Origin: Camelus dromedarius
Lineage: Eukaryota
NCBI RefSeq assembly: GCF_036321535.1
Contig: NC_087438.1
Location: 3,350,001-3,414,000 of the forward strand
DNA: 64,000 nucleotides
Direction of reading: 5' to 3'
In this document: piece after piece, positions 1 through 11,290 of the stretch
Layout of the letters: the number at the start of each line of letters is the position of its first letter
Position numbering within the stretch: position 1 is the first letter of the stretch
The notes under the pieces: generated by a model
Seen by the model: the letters and a program-made list of their open reading frames with translations, nothing else
Databases searched by the model: none
What the model was told of the DNA's origin: nothing
Position numbers and translations under genes: made by a program

Positions 1-53
1 AATAAGTGTGCCTTAGGTTCTAAAAAAGAAGTACTGATAACATTTGATTTTCT

Positions 54-879
54 TTTTTTTTTAACATTTTTTATTGATTTATAATCATTTTACAATGTTG
101 TGTTAAATTCCAGTGTAGAGCACAATTTTTCAGTTACACATGAACGTATATATATTCATTGTCACATTTTTTTCTCTGTGAGCTACCATAAGATCTTGTG
201 TTTATTTCCCTGTGCTGTACAGTATAATCTTGTTTATCTATTCTACAGTTTGAAATCCCAGTCTATCCCTTCCCACCCCCCTTCCCCTTGGCAACCACAA
301 GTTTGTATTCTATGTCTATGAGTCTGTTCCTGTTTTGTATTTATGCATTGTTTGTTTGTTTGTTTGTTTTTGTTTTTTTTAGATTCCACATATGATTGAT
401 CTCATATGGTATTTTTCTTTGTCTTTCTGGCTTACTTCACTTAGAATGACATTCTCCAGGAGCATCCATGTTGCTGCAAATGGCGTTATGTTGTCGCTTT
501 TTATGGCTGAATAGTATTCCATTGTATAAATATACCACTTCTTCTTTATCCAGTCATCTGTTGATGGACATTTAGGCTGTTTCCATGTTTTGGCTATTGT
601 AAATAGTGTTGCTATGAACATTGGGGTGCAGGTGTCATTTTGAAGTAGGGTTCCTTCTGGATATATGCCCAGGAGTGGGATTCCTGGGTCATATGGTAAG
701 TCTATTCCTAGTCTTTTGAGAAATCTCCGTCCTGTTTTCCACAGTGGCTGCACCAAACTGCATTCCCACCAGCAGTGTAGGAGGGTTCCCTTTTCTCCAC
801 AGCCTCTCCAGCATTTGTCATTTGTGGATTTTTGAATGATGGCCATTCTGACTGGTGTGAGGTGATACCTCATCGTAGT
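54..879 (-). mobile_element. Young 5'-truncated LINE-1 (ORF2 C-terminus, 3'UTR, polyA) with 11-bp TSD
   Basis: ORF 379..873 ([13 protein letters not shown]...[19 protein letters not shown]...[10 protein letters not shown]) is the L1 ORF2 C-terminal region. T-tract near 53-62; TTTGATTTTCT at 43-53 and 880-890. Confidence 0.95.
379..873 (-). pseudogene. L1 ORF2 C-terminal fragment, uninterrupted 164 codons
   Basis: Typical ORF2 motifs [41 protein letters not shown]. Confidence 0.9.
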
Positions 880-909
880 TTTGATTTTCTAAAAGGAGAA
901 TTACTAAAT

Positions 910-1405
910 TGTGGTAGGCTTTAAAATGTCCTCCCCACACACACACCCCCACCTACCCACACACACACACACACACAAATACACCTATCTCCTAGTTCCT
1001 GGAATCATTGCAAAAATAAGTAAATAAGTCTTTGCAGATGTGATTAAGGATCTTGCAATGGGAAGATTGTCCCACATTACCTGGGTGGACCCTAAATGCA
1101 ATCCCATGTACCTTCCTGGAGGGATGTTCCACACACAGAGAAGAGCAGGGAGCAATGTGGCCAAGGAGGCAGCGCCTGAACTGACGTGATCACAAGTCTG
1201 GACGTGCACAGACACCAGAAGCTGAAAGAGGCAAAGAACAAATTGTCCGCCAGAGCCTCAGTGGGTGCGGCCCTGCTGACACCTTGATTTTGGACCAGTG
1301 CAACTGATTTCAGAATGGCCTCCAGAATGATCAGAGAATAAATTTCAGGTCCTTTTAAGCCACTAAGTTCATGACAATTTATCACAGCGGAGATAAGAAA
1401 CTACC
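910..1405 (+). mobile_element. MLT1 (ERVL-MaLR) solo LTR containing a (CA)n tract at about 936-983
   Basis: TGTGGTAGG start, CTTTGCAGATGTGATTAAGGATCTT, CCCTGCTGACACCTTGATTTT, AGAATAAATTTC...AAGCCACTAAG. Confidence 0.85.
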
Positions 1406-1725
1406 ATTTAACCAGGGACCCCTGCGTGCTTGCGCCAGGGAAAACGCCCCACGCACTCTGTTGGCACTTCCAGGGCCCACCGAGGTGGCCCATGTCCTCA
1501 GTGCCAACAGCCCACACAGCCCCCTCTCACTGCACTGGGAGCACTGTCCAAACCTATGGGTTCGACTTGTCTAAAAGAAGTGACAAAAACAAAACACATT
1601 TTGTTTTGGTGGACTTCAAGTTGCATTGACTTAGTTAACAATAGCAAAAAATATATGATTTTTTTTTAAAAAACACTCTTCCTTGTTTCAAAAAGCCTAA
1701 TTCTTGCAGGTCACAATATATGAGG

Positions 1726-1800
1726 TGTTTGTGGGTGTGTATATATAACACACGTATGCTTGTATACACATATATACATACATACATACATATATATGTG
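1726..1800. repeat. Alternating purine-pyrimidine (TA/CA/TG) low-complexity tract
   Basis: gtgtgtatatataacacacgtatg...catatatacatacatacatacatatatatgtg. Confidence 0.8.
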
Positions 1801-2109
1801 AGCTTACATCCAGAATGTTAAACATAGTTTAAAACACTGTAATTTCTCTTTTCCTGGAAATTTCCAATTACTTGCTTTAATTCCCTCCACCCTACTCCAC
1901 TCTCACAACCGTGCACTCCGCACAGATAGAGCAAAATCTGGAGGTGAAGGATTTTGTTTGCTCACACGGTTCTTACTGCACCATGTAGCTTTCCTAGCCT
2001 TACCTTTCAGAGTGCTTCCTTCGGGATTAACTACAGTGTAGGACTTTTTCAAGGATTGTACAAGTTGCTGCATCTCTTCTGTTATTTATTTATCACACTT
2101 GTGAAAATA

Positions 2110-2460
2110 TGAGCTAAAAAACAAAGCATCACACTATATAAGACAAAAATACCTAGAAACATGATGCGAGAAGCAGCAAAGCTGAGAAGCGCAGAGACTA
2201 AAGTCAGTTAGAAATCACACCTGCTGGTAACGCAACGGTGTGCTCGGGGGAAACAAGCGGACCAACTGAAAACTGTTAGAATCAGCGAAGATACTCGGTG
2301 AGGGGAATCTGCACCTAAATCAATTTTTTTAAATCTGTCTTTTATACATCAGTTACAACCAATTCAGAAATAAAATTTAAAATCGTAAATCACAATATCA
2401 AACAAAGCAAAAGGTATATTGGATTAAGTTTAGCAATGAAATCTCAGGCCCCGGGAAAAG
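2110..2460 (+). mobile_element. Old degraded L1 ORF2 fragment
   Basis: A-rich; aactgaaaactgttagaat, tttatacatcagttacaaccaattcagaaataaaattt resemble the L1 ORF2 mid-region. Confidence 0.5.
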
Positions 2461-3444
2461 TGAGCACTTGAACTTGCTTGGGAGCTTTTGCACTGATAAC
2501 ACTTTTAAGCTGTAACCTGCTGTAATCCACGTAATTGTGAAGCAGGAAACAGACCGGTGTTTGCTCCTTCCAATAACCTTGGAACATTCACCGAAACAAA
2601 ACACCGCAGTTTGTGCAGATCATTGGCTTCTGTGCTCAGTCTCCCCAATAACTGAGGATGTGGTTTAAATGCGAGGATGTCTAACCTTTACAATGGAAGT
2701 GAATGGTTTCTCCATGTATTTTGTTTTTCCTGGAAAATGTAGGTTTCCTTTTTCCTCTGTTTAGCATTTATGTCTCTGCTCAGCATTTGTATCTCTACTC
2801 TAATCCCATCCTAAGCCCTTATTCAACCTTTCAACATTCAACAGAAGCCTGTCATCCAGAAGTTTGAAGGTTTAAGACGAGCAGCTCCTGCTCCTTCACT
2901 GCGTGTCATTTGGCATCCTGGTTCCCATGAATGCCATGTCCATGTTTTACGGGATTTTGAAAAGGTTTAGGGAAGTATCTCGGATGGAAGTCCACGTCCC
3001 GAATGAGTGCAAAGTGGCAGAGGCCAAGAGAAAGTCCAGGAGTGATTCATGGTGCATTCACACCACGTGGGGCTGGCAAGGCGGGGAGACAGTCTCTGCT
3101 AGCAGACTGGAACTAAATTCTTAGACATTCCTGGGCTGCCAAAAAATGTCCTCACAGGGTTTTTCAAAGGAGCCATGAATTGGATGTCAGTGTCTTTTGG
3201 TTGAATGTAGAGTTTTTGTCAGACCCCAGGAGATCTCCTTAGATACATCTTTCCAACTCCGGCTCTTTTTTCTTCCCCTGACAAAGAGAAGCATTGACAC
3301 CAGTGTGTCCTGGGTGAGGTCTTCAGGCCGAGCTGGCTTCCAAGTGGGCAGCTGCATGCAGTTCAGAGGGAGATTTGTTCTCTCGCCGAGAGCACCAGAA
3401 GACCCATGTGTCCTGTTTTCCCTGAGCATCTCAACAATCGCGTG

Positions 3445-3600
3445 ACACCATTACATCCTGTCCCATTTTGAAGGTGAGACACAGGACTGTAACAATGTCA
3501 TGTAGCTTTTCCAACATCCCACAGAGTGAAAAACGGGGTTAGGATGTAACTGCAGGGTTTTCCAACTCCTAGTCTTCAGTGTCTCCCACTAGCCACACGG
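3445..3600 (-). mobile_element. MIR remnant
   Basis: tcccattttgaaggtgagacacagg...ttccaacatcccacag resembles the MIR core. Confidence 0.5.
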
Positions 3601-3749
3601 AGGTCCAGAGACAACTGGTCCTCGCGAAGACATTCTGCTGGCGACTTCCACATTTGCTAAAAATGTACATTTGTCTGGGTGCCAGTCACACAAGAAGCGT
3701 GCTGCTAAGCCTTAGAGAGACCAGTGATGCACCTGTTCCCAGAACACAC

Positions 3750-4800
3750 AGTCAGTAAGCTCTTAGTAAGCACCTCAGGTGTGCCCAGGACTGGAACAGG
3801 CACTGAAAACGTGGAACTCTCGCCCTAATAGAGCTGACGGTCTGCTGGGGCATCCGCGGGAGGCGTGAAGTCACTAAAACTGAGTCCAGTAGAATCAAAC
3901 GTCACACAAATGAACAAACAACAACCAACAAAAAACGACCAGAGTCAGAAGGGTGACTTGGTGGGTGGTGGCCAGGGGTGGCCTGGCCTATGTGAAAAGT
4001 TGGCCCAGGAGCCCCACAGAGTTGATTCCTGCTCACCTGGACCAAAACAAGCCCAGAAAAGGAAACCAATAGTCAAAGTAGCCGTGAAGTGTGATACGTG
4101 AGCAGAAAGGAAGACCGGGCGGCTGGGAGGCAGGAGGCTGGTGGGAGGGCTGCCCTGTAAGGAGTGGGGTGGGAGTCTGTGCTCAGTCTGGGGACCTGAG
4201 AGCAGAGATGACTGTCGAGAAGGAACCAGCCTAGCTCAGGGGAGGGACGCACATTCCTCCAGAGTCAGCATCAGGTGCACGGTCTGCAGAGGGAAGACCG
4301 TGGCACATCCAAGGACCCGAGAGAAGCCAGTGCGTCTGGGGATAGGCACTGGGCAGAGGGTGGCCCACCCGGCCGGGGCTACAGAGATGGGTCTGAGCGC
4401 AGCCGGAGCCCTGGGGGCAAGGAAGATGCTTGGGTTTATCCTAAAGGGAATGGGAAGTGAGGGAAGTGGCTTAATCTGGGGTGGCAGGATCCCCTTTACG
4501 TTAGAGAAGATTCGTTTGCTGCTGTGTAGAGCCTGGATCAGAAGGCAGGGCGGGGGATCAGCTAGGACCGTGAGAGCGTTTGTGGAGCGCTGGGATTAGA
4601 CCCTGGGGCCAGGAGAGGAAAGGGCTGCGTGTGTTTGCAGTTACGTCGAGACAGACTCAAGGGACTGGTCTGGAGCAAGGATGCAGGGCGCTCTGGAAAC
4701 AGCTGCGACTCGCGCTTTTCTGGATGGCGGCAGGACTTTGTGCAGAGCCTAGGAAGGTGTGAGAGGGAGGGCCCGGCGAAGGCCGGGGATGGGCGTGAGG
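3750..4800 (-). mobile_element. Degraded LINE-2 fragments
   Basis: Purine-rich motifs tgtgcccaggactgg, gggtttatcctaaagggaatgggaag, tttacgttagagaagattcgtttgctgctgtgtagag. Confidence 0.55.
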
Positions 4801-5963
4801 TGCGCGCTTCACGCCAAGGGAGTTAAGGGAGTGAGGAAGCCCACGAGGCAGACCCTCATCTGATGGGGTTTGGATGTGTTGACCCGGATCCCTTTCCAGA
4901 CCTCTCAGGGGCGTCCCCCCACCGCACCCCTGCGGGGGTCGGACAGCTGAGCCCTGCAGCCTCCAGTGAGAGTTCTCACCACTGCGACCTCCCCGTGTCC
5001 GGACGCCCTGCCTCCTGTCAGTCTGGGGCTGGAGTTCCTGTCACAGGATTTGAACGCAGTGGGCCCACTGAGCCGTCCAAAGACAGCACAGAGCTGACTC
5101 TGGACTTGGACCTTCAACATATTCGAGAGGAGCTCCGCGTTCTTAGCGTCTCTGGACAGCTGACGGCCGTCACTGCTCCCACCTCCCCTCTGCCGGGCTC
5201 TCTCCGGCCGCGCATCCTGGCCCTGGTTTTCAGACTGGGCTTTGTCTCCCACCCTCTGAAGGAGGCATCCAGGACTGACGGTGAGCCCTCTGATGTGGCC
5301 AGGGAGGCCGTAGAGAAAGGCTCTCCCTCCCTTCACCCTGGATACTCCAGGGCCATTAATCCAGGCCCAGTCTCTCTTCCGTCTGGCGCTCCCCCGCAGG
5401 GAAGAATCGCCCTTATCCTGGGCAGCTAAGCCCTCTTTCTCCACACAGGCCTCTGTGAGCCAGGGCCCCTCGGCCGTTGGTTCTGGACCCCAGATCACCT
5501 CCCCACATTTGGATGCCCTGTCTGACAGCTGACACCGTGACTGCATTTCTGGCACCTCTTCCTTGGTGACAAGCATATGATGGAAACTCAGCTATTAGAA
5601 CTGGGCCCACGGTCTGAGCCGCACCAGGAGTGGATGTGCCCCCCTCCCCCACCGCAGCACCAGCAGAGATGGTGTCCTTGTCCCTTTGTGAAGAGGGGCC
5701 CAGGCAGGATGCTGAGCATCAGACAGGACTTGAGACCCTTTGAGTTACTCCTTGCGGCAGGACCCACAACTGAAGTGGAGAGACCTAAGTTCCATCCTAA
5801 AGTGTCAGGGCTTTATTCTCCAGGAACTGGAAAATCGTGGAACAAAGGATTAAAGAATTTGGAAAGTGAACTGGTGGAAAAGTTGAGGATGAACTGAAGA
5901 GAATGCAATTCACTTTTTTATAAATCCCAGAAAGAAGTCTGCTTTGGGTAACCACAGAGCTCT

Positions 5964-6507
5964 GTCATGCGTGACTGAGGATCATAGTTGTGATATGCTC
6001 TAGAGATAAAATGAATGAGTCATTTGGTACTAGAGTACCTTTGTGTTGCCCTAAAAGAGAACGCCAGCTCCGGGGTTGAGAGGAAGGGTTTTGCACAAGT
6101 ATTATTTTCACTCCACACAAGGGGCGGCAGAAGAAAGTCGGGGACTTTCCCAACATCCCCACAAACGTGCTGTGAGCACCCCTCCCAGCTGACAGGTGCA
6201 CAGGTGTGGCCAGGCAAGTTCCCTTCTTGTCCTCCCCAGACTGTGGCCCCGTGGCATTCACACGCACCTTTTGCTTCTGTGCCCCACCCTGACCCCCGTA
6301 CAAGCACTTGCCCTTGGGACCTCGCTCCCAGCCCCCCACCCACTGGGGCTGGGCGTTCCCGGCACGTGGTCCCCCGCAGGGACTGTCACGTCCCCTTCTC
6401 CAGGACCTGTGGGTGTAACAAGTCTCTTTCCCTTTCAGACACCTCTCCATGGTGTTACCCCATGTCTGCGCCTGACCGATCATCCAAACACCCCATTCTA
6501 TGTAACA
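5964..6507 (+). mobile_element. Probable old ERV LTR remnant (family uncertain, left boundary uncertain)
   Basis: Ends in ...ccccattctatgtaACA; degenerate polyA-like tgtaacaagtctctttccc about 90 bp before the end; about 0.5 kb. Confidence 0.45.
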
Positions 6508-6844
6508 GAACTATTCCTTATAACACAATGTAAAGCTTCTACACAGGACAACACTCTTTTAGAATTTAGATCCAGGGAAACTCCGCGCCACCTGGAACGC
6601 GGTGTGTCCTCCTGCTCGCAGCCGGGGTCTGTGCGTGTTTCTGCGTCCCTTCTGACCTAAGACGCCCGTGGGGTCCCAGGCCCCGCCTCAAATCCGTCCA
6701 CAGGAAGCCTGCTGACTCTGGTACGTCGTGCACATGCCTTTCCTTTGGTGTTTCTTACTTTATTCTCGTACGCATTTTACTTTTGACTGATATTTATTTC
6801 ATTTTAAGCAGCCTCAAATATTCTATGGAAAGAAATGGACACAG

Positions 6845-6950
6845 ATAATTGTATACATTATTAATATCAATTATATAATTAATTGTATATAATACATAAT
6901 AAACACTAATTACATATTATACATATTAACTATATATTTTATATAAATTA
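6845..6950. repeat. AT-rich low-complexity tract
   Basis: ataattgtatacattattaatatcaattatataattaattgtatataat... Confidence 0.8.
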
Positions 6951-8447
6951 ACCGACTCAGTTAAGCTCTGTCTTCCCTTTGACGTTACCTATTTAGAATA
7001 CTTCAAATTGCTCGTTATCATCGGTAGCTCTGCGGGGTGATATAGTTCATCACATCTGGGGAGTGGTTCCATTTTATAAATTCTTCAGAGATTTTTGGAA
7101 CAGTTCAGAGTCTTCAGATGTCTTTAGAGCTTTTCCCATACGTTGTCCTACTGGTTTCCGAGGTTCTGGCTTCATTAGGACTCCGGCAGTAAACCGCTGC
7201 CCTGGATTCATCGCATACCAGCGCCCTGATGCTGTTTGCTGCAGTTGCGCGTCCTCGTTTCACAGACTGCGTCCTGCGGCTCCTCGCACAGCCCCTGCAC
7301 GATTCTACACGTGAGCAGCAATGTTTCCTTCCCCACACCAGTTGAGGCAAGCGTAATTTCCAGACTCCTTTTGACTCTCATTTCATTTTACTTCTTGAGA
7401 TTCTTCTGCCTCTTTTTCTTAAAGCCAAGGTGGCAATCATCACTCCTGAGAGCTGTTCCTTATTCATGCTTTTATTTTTTTCCATAATATATTAGTAGTT
7501 AGCTTTTTAAACTTCTAAAATTATTTAATGTATGCTTTATTATATTTTAAGGTAATCACTGTTGTACAAGACTATTTTTCCATGTTGTCCTTTAATTAGC
7601 TACTTTAATAAATTTTTCATTTTAGGTTTTAGCTGACCCAGGCAAACTGCCTGATTATTTAGTCAGTAAATTGGAGACTAAGCATAGCTGTGGTTTCCTC
7701 ATTCCAGCGTTGTTAGAAGTTTAGAGCAACTTCTAGTCACTATAAAACTGAAAACTGGCTTGTACAGTTACCATGTAACACAGAACTCCTAGTGATCTAA
7801 TTAGCTAAAAAGGTATACATCACAGATTATTAAGAGTAATAGTTTATATGAAAACCTATATACTTACCTGACAGTCTTTAACTTTTCTTTGGTTGACTCA
7901 TAAAATGTCAAGAAGAGTCAGAGGTGGGAGAAAATGTCCGTGTGATTAAGTGAGTTAAGTGGGGCTCGTTCTAGAGAGAGACTTGATTTAAACCTTGAAA
8001 CACTCACGTGAGCCGAGAGAGAGAAGTAAAGAAGGTCTTCTAGGTTACGGAAACCTATCTTCTCTTGGTTTATGTGGCACCAATCAGCCCTTCACCTGCA
8101 CATTGGAATGACGGCGGCCGTGGTGTGGGGTCGGTGCTGGTGATGGGGAGGGGGGCACACTGATGACACTTTGTGTTCAGAGCAGAGGGACCTGACTTAG
8201 CCAGGCTGCTCTGTTGCTGATAATGCATAATGACTGCATTTATGGGGGTTCCCAGCTTCATCTGTCTGTCACCCTGATCAAATGTCAACAATATCATGAG
8301 AATGAGAGGAAAATTATTAAGACACTTGGCATTTCTTATTGTCAGGATGCTAAATTAGTCCTAGTGAATCATGGCTAATAACATCCAATGAGTATTTGCT
8401 AATTAACTTTCCAAAACTGTAATAGAAAGAAAAGACACTGATTTTTT

Positions 8448-8593
8448 TTACACCTTCACTGTGGTCTGGTTCCTGTACAGTAAACTACACATATTTCAGA
8501 TGTACCAGTAGATGAATTTTGATAGATGTCTACACACCACTGAAACCACCACCACAATCAAGACAGCTAACATTTCCATCCCTCCCCAGGAGG
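8448..8593 (-). mobile_element. Old L1M-type (L1MB/MC-like) 3' end
   Basis: tacagtaaactacacatattt...gatgaattttgatagatgt...aaaccaccaccacaatcaagacagctaacatttccatc. Confidence 0.75.
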
Positions 8594-8972
8594 TGCAAAT
8601 TTCGATTTCCCAATTTATCCCTTCCCACCCCCTTGCCCCCCAGTAACCATAAGTTTGTTCTTTATGTCTGTGAATCTGTTTCTTTTTTGTAGATAAGTCC
8701 TTTTGTGTCCTTTTTAAGATTCTATATATAAGTGATATCATATGGTATTTTTCTTTCTCTTTCTGGCTTACTTCACTTAGAATGACGATCTCCAGGTCCA
8801 TCCATGTTGCTGTAAATGGCATTATTTTATTCTTTTTTATGGCTGAGTAGTCTCCCATTGTATAAATACACCACATCTTCCTTATCTAATCATCTGTCTA
8901 TAGATATTTGGGTTGTTTCCATGTCTTGGTTATTGTAAATTGTGCTATTGTGAACATTGGGGTATATGTGTC
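8594..8972 (-). mobile_element. Younger L1 fragment (ORF2 end plus partial 3'UTR)
   Basis: ORF 8496..8876 gives [41 protein letters not shown]; similar to the copy at 54-879. Confidence 0.9.
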
Positions 8973-10216
8973 AAAAATACACTGATTCTTTACTATAGCT
9001 TCCTTTTTGGGTAATAAAGCACTGTGGGTTCCACCTTTGGAAATAGCCAGCTATGCTCCTTCTGCTCCAGCACCTCCCCTGGGCAGCACATGGTCCCACA
9101 GGGCAGTCCCTTTGCCTTTGGCTGTTGATGGGTTTTTCACCAGCTCCTCATGTCTGCCTCCAGAATTATCTTCCAAAGATGCAACACAACTGAAGTCAGA
9201 CTCCTGCCTAAGAAATCTCTTCTCCTGCTCCTTTAGGATGAACTAATTCTTTATCATCTGGTAAAAAACAAAAATCACAGTCTGTCCACAATAGGCCATC
9301 CGTGCTCAATCTGGGACCAGCAACATGCAAAATGCGAGCTGAACACAGAATCACTACATGGCGTCAGGTGATGCGCCCTAATCCAATTTGATATCTGACA
9401 TTTACTTTTAGCCTAAAAAATAAATCCTCCTCTCAGGGAAGAGGGAAAAATAATTTCTTATAAAAGTCTCGATGTGGAGAAGGAAAATAATTTTAGGAGC
9501 TCTTCTCTAGCTGTGTTTTGAAAAGAATAATTACTATATATGCTCCCACTGTCGCCATAAATTGTGTTCACATTTTTACTGCTTCTCCCCTAAGTGATTT
9601 TGTGCCCTTGTGGAAATAACCAAAGGAAAATATAAGCCAAGTATAAATTACTGCTGTATCTGTGTTCATTAAACTCTGCTCAAAAATTAATAAAATGGAA
9701 TCCTGATGGATGAGGCCATAAATCTAATAAAACGGGGCTTTTTGGAATTGAAGGCAGTAACACACACCTACCCCTCCCCTCACCCCAATGTCAATGTCAC
9801 ACTTTTTTTCTTGCTCTCTTGTTTCTTCCAAGAGCTGAGAATTCACCTGTTTTCTGAAGAGCCCTGTGTTTGTGTTGAGTCTTATTCTCTTGGGCCAGGA
9901 GGAATCTGTTTTTTCTTCCTACCGTCATGGTAGTTCAAGTGCAGCTCAGTGGCAAACGTTCCATGAAGATTTTGACTCAACAGTCCAACAGCATTCTCAC
10001 TCCTCTCTCTCTGACACTCACTCATCGCACTCATCTTTACGTCATGTGACTTAGCACCCACGTTAGGATTTAATGAAGAACAATGGCTTTTTAACTCATC
10101 CATTTGTCCTTTGACACATCAAGACACAGCAATGCCTCCCAAGCAGGTATTGGATAAATCTTCTTTAGCTAAATTGCAAACATTTTAAAGAAAATTTAAG
10201 TCACAACTGTTTTTCA

Positions 10217-10305
10217 GGGCGGGGGGTTTAGCCCAGTGGTAGAGCACATGCTTAGCATGCACAAGGTCCTGGGTTCAATCCCTAGTACCTCCATTAAAAA
10301 AAAAA
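10217..10305 (+). mobile_element. tRNA-Ala-derived SINE (camelid Vic-1-like), short form
   Basis: A-box tagcccagtgg, tgcttagcatgca loop, B-box ggttcaatcc, A-rich tail. Confidence 0.85.
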
Positions 10306-11020
10306 GAATATTTTTCTGTTCTGTTATTTTAAGTTGTTTTGATTTATTAATATAAGTATTAGCATCTTTTAGACAATTCTGAGATTCAAATGATTGCCTT
10401 AATTTATAACAAGTAATTTAAGGGTAGACTTGAAAATGATACGGTTTATATTGGTTTAACTATTTTATAAGTAAATCGAGTTTTGCATGCTAGCAAGTAG
10501 CTCACGATGGCTCCTAAGAAAAGGTGTTCAATGCACAAAGCATTTCTTCCTGGTCCAGGATATACCTGCACGTGGCTGGGAAATGCGACTTATTTATGTA
10601 CCTGACACGCCTCACTGACATCCCAGGGCTGACCCTCACTGACGCTGCTGGCGAGCAAGTGCTCAACCAGGAAGAGACCAGGGACGGGACTCGCTGGAAC
10701 AGTGGTCCCTTCTGCTCTCAGGCCACCAGCCGGCTCCTTGGCTGAGGGTCAGCGTGCACACCGTGCAGCAGGCTGTGTCCACTCAGCCCTGGAGAGGCGT
10801 GCGGCGGGGGTGCTGCCTTCCTCCTTATAAAGCCCAGTAAGGGACAGAGGATGGAACCAGTGGTGAGCAGTAATCATAAATCTCATGCTCAAATATGCTA
10901 AGTTACTTTTACTGCCTTTTGATTTTTCCTACATGTTAAAAATCCCACCTCATTTTATGGCTTAGAGCCCTGCCATTATATGGTTGTTCTGACTGTATAT
11001 TGCTTCCAATATATACACCT

Positions 11021-11290
11021 GAAACAAACTTATGATCACCAACGGGGAGAGGGGGTGGGGAGGGATAAATTGGGAGTCAGAGATTTACAGATACTAACCA
11101 CTGTATATAAAACAGACAAACAACAGGTTTCCACTGTAGAGCACAGGGAACTGTATTCAATATCTTGCAGTAACCTATAACGAAAAAGAATCTGAAAAGG
11201 GATATATGTACGTATATGTATGACTGAAACGTTATGATGTTGTACACCAGAAACTGACACAACATTGTAAACTGACTGTATATTAATAAC
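11021..11290 (+). mobile_element. L1 3'UTR fragment
   Basis: gggataaattgggagt, gtagagcacagggaact, tgtacaccagaaactgacacaacattgtaaactgact. Confidence 0.9.

Noticed and set aside
4141..6660. Cluster of 150-220 aa ORFs
   Set aside because: They overlap on both strands in GC-rich or repeat-derived DNA and show no recognisable domains.
10217..10293. Possible tRNA-Ala gene (also 54145-54220)
   Set aside because: A-rich tails, degenerate acceptor stems and the SINE-type tail indicate retroposed SINEs.
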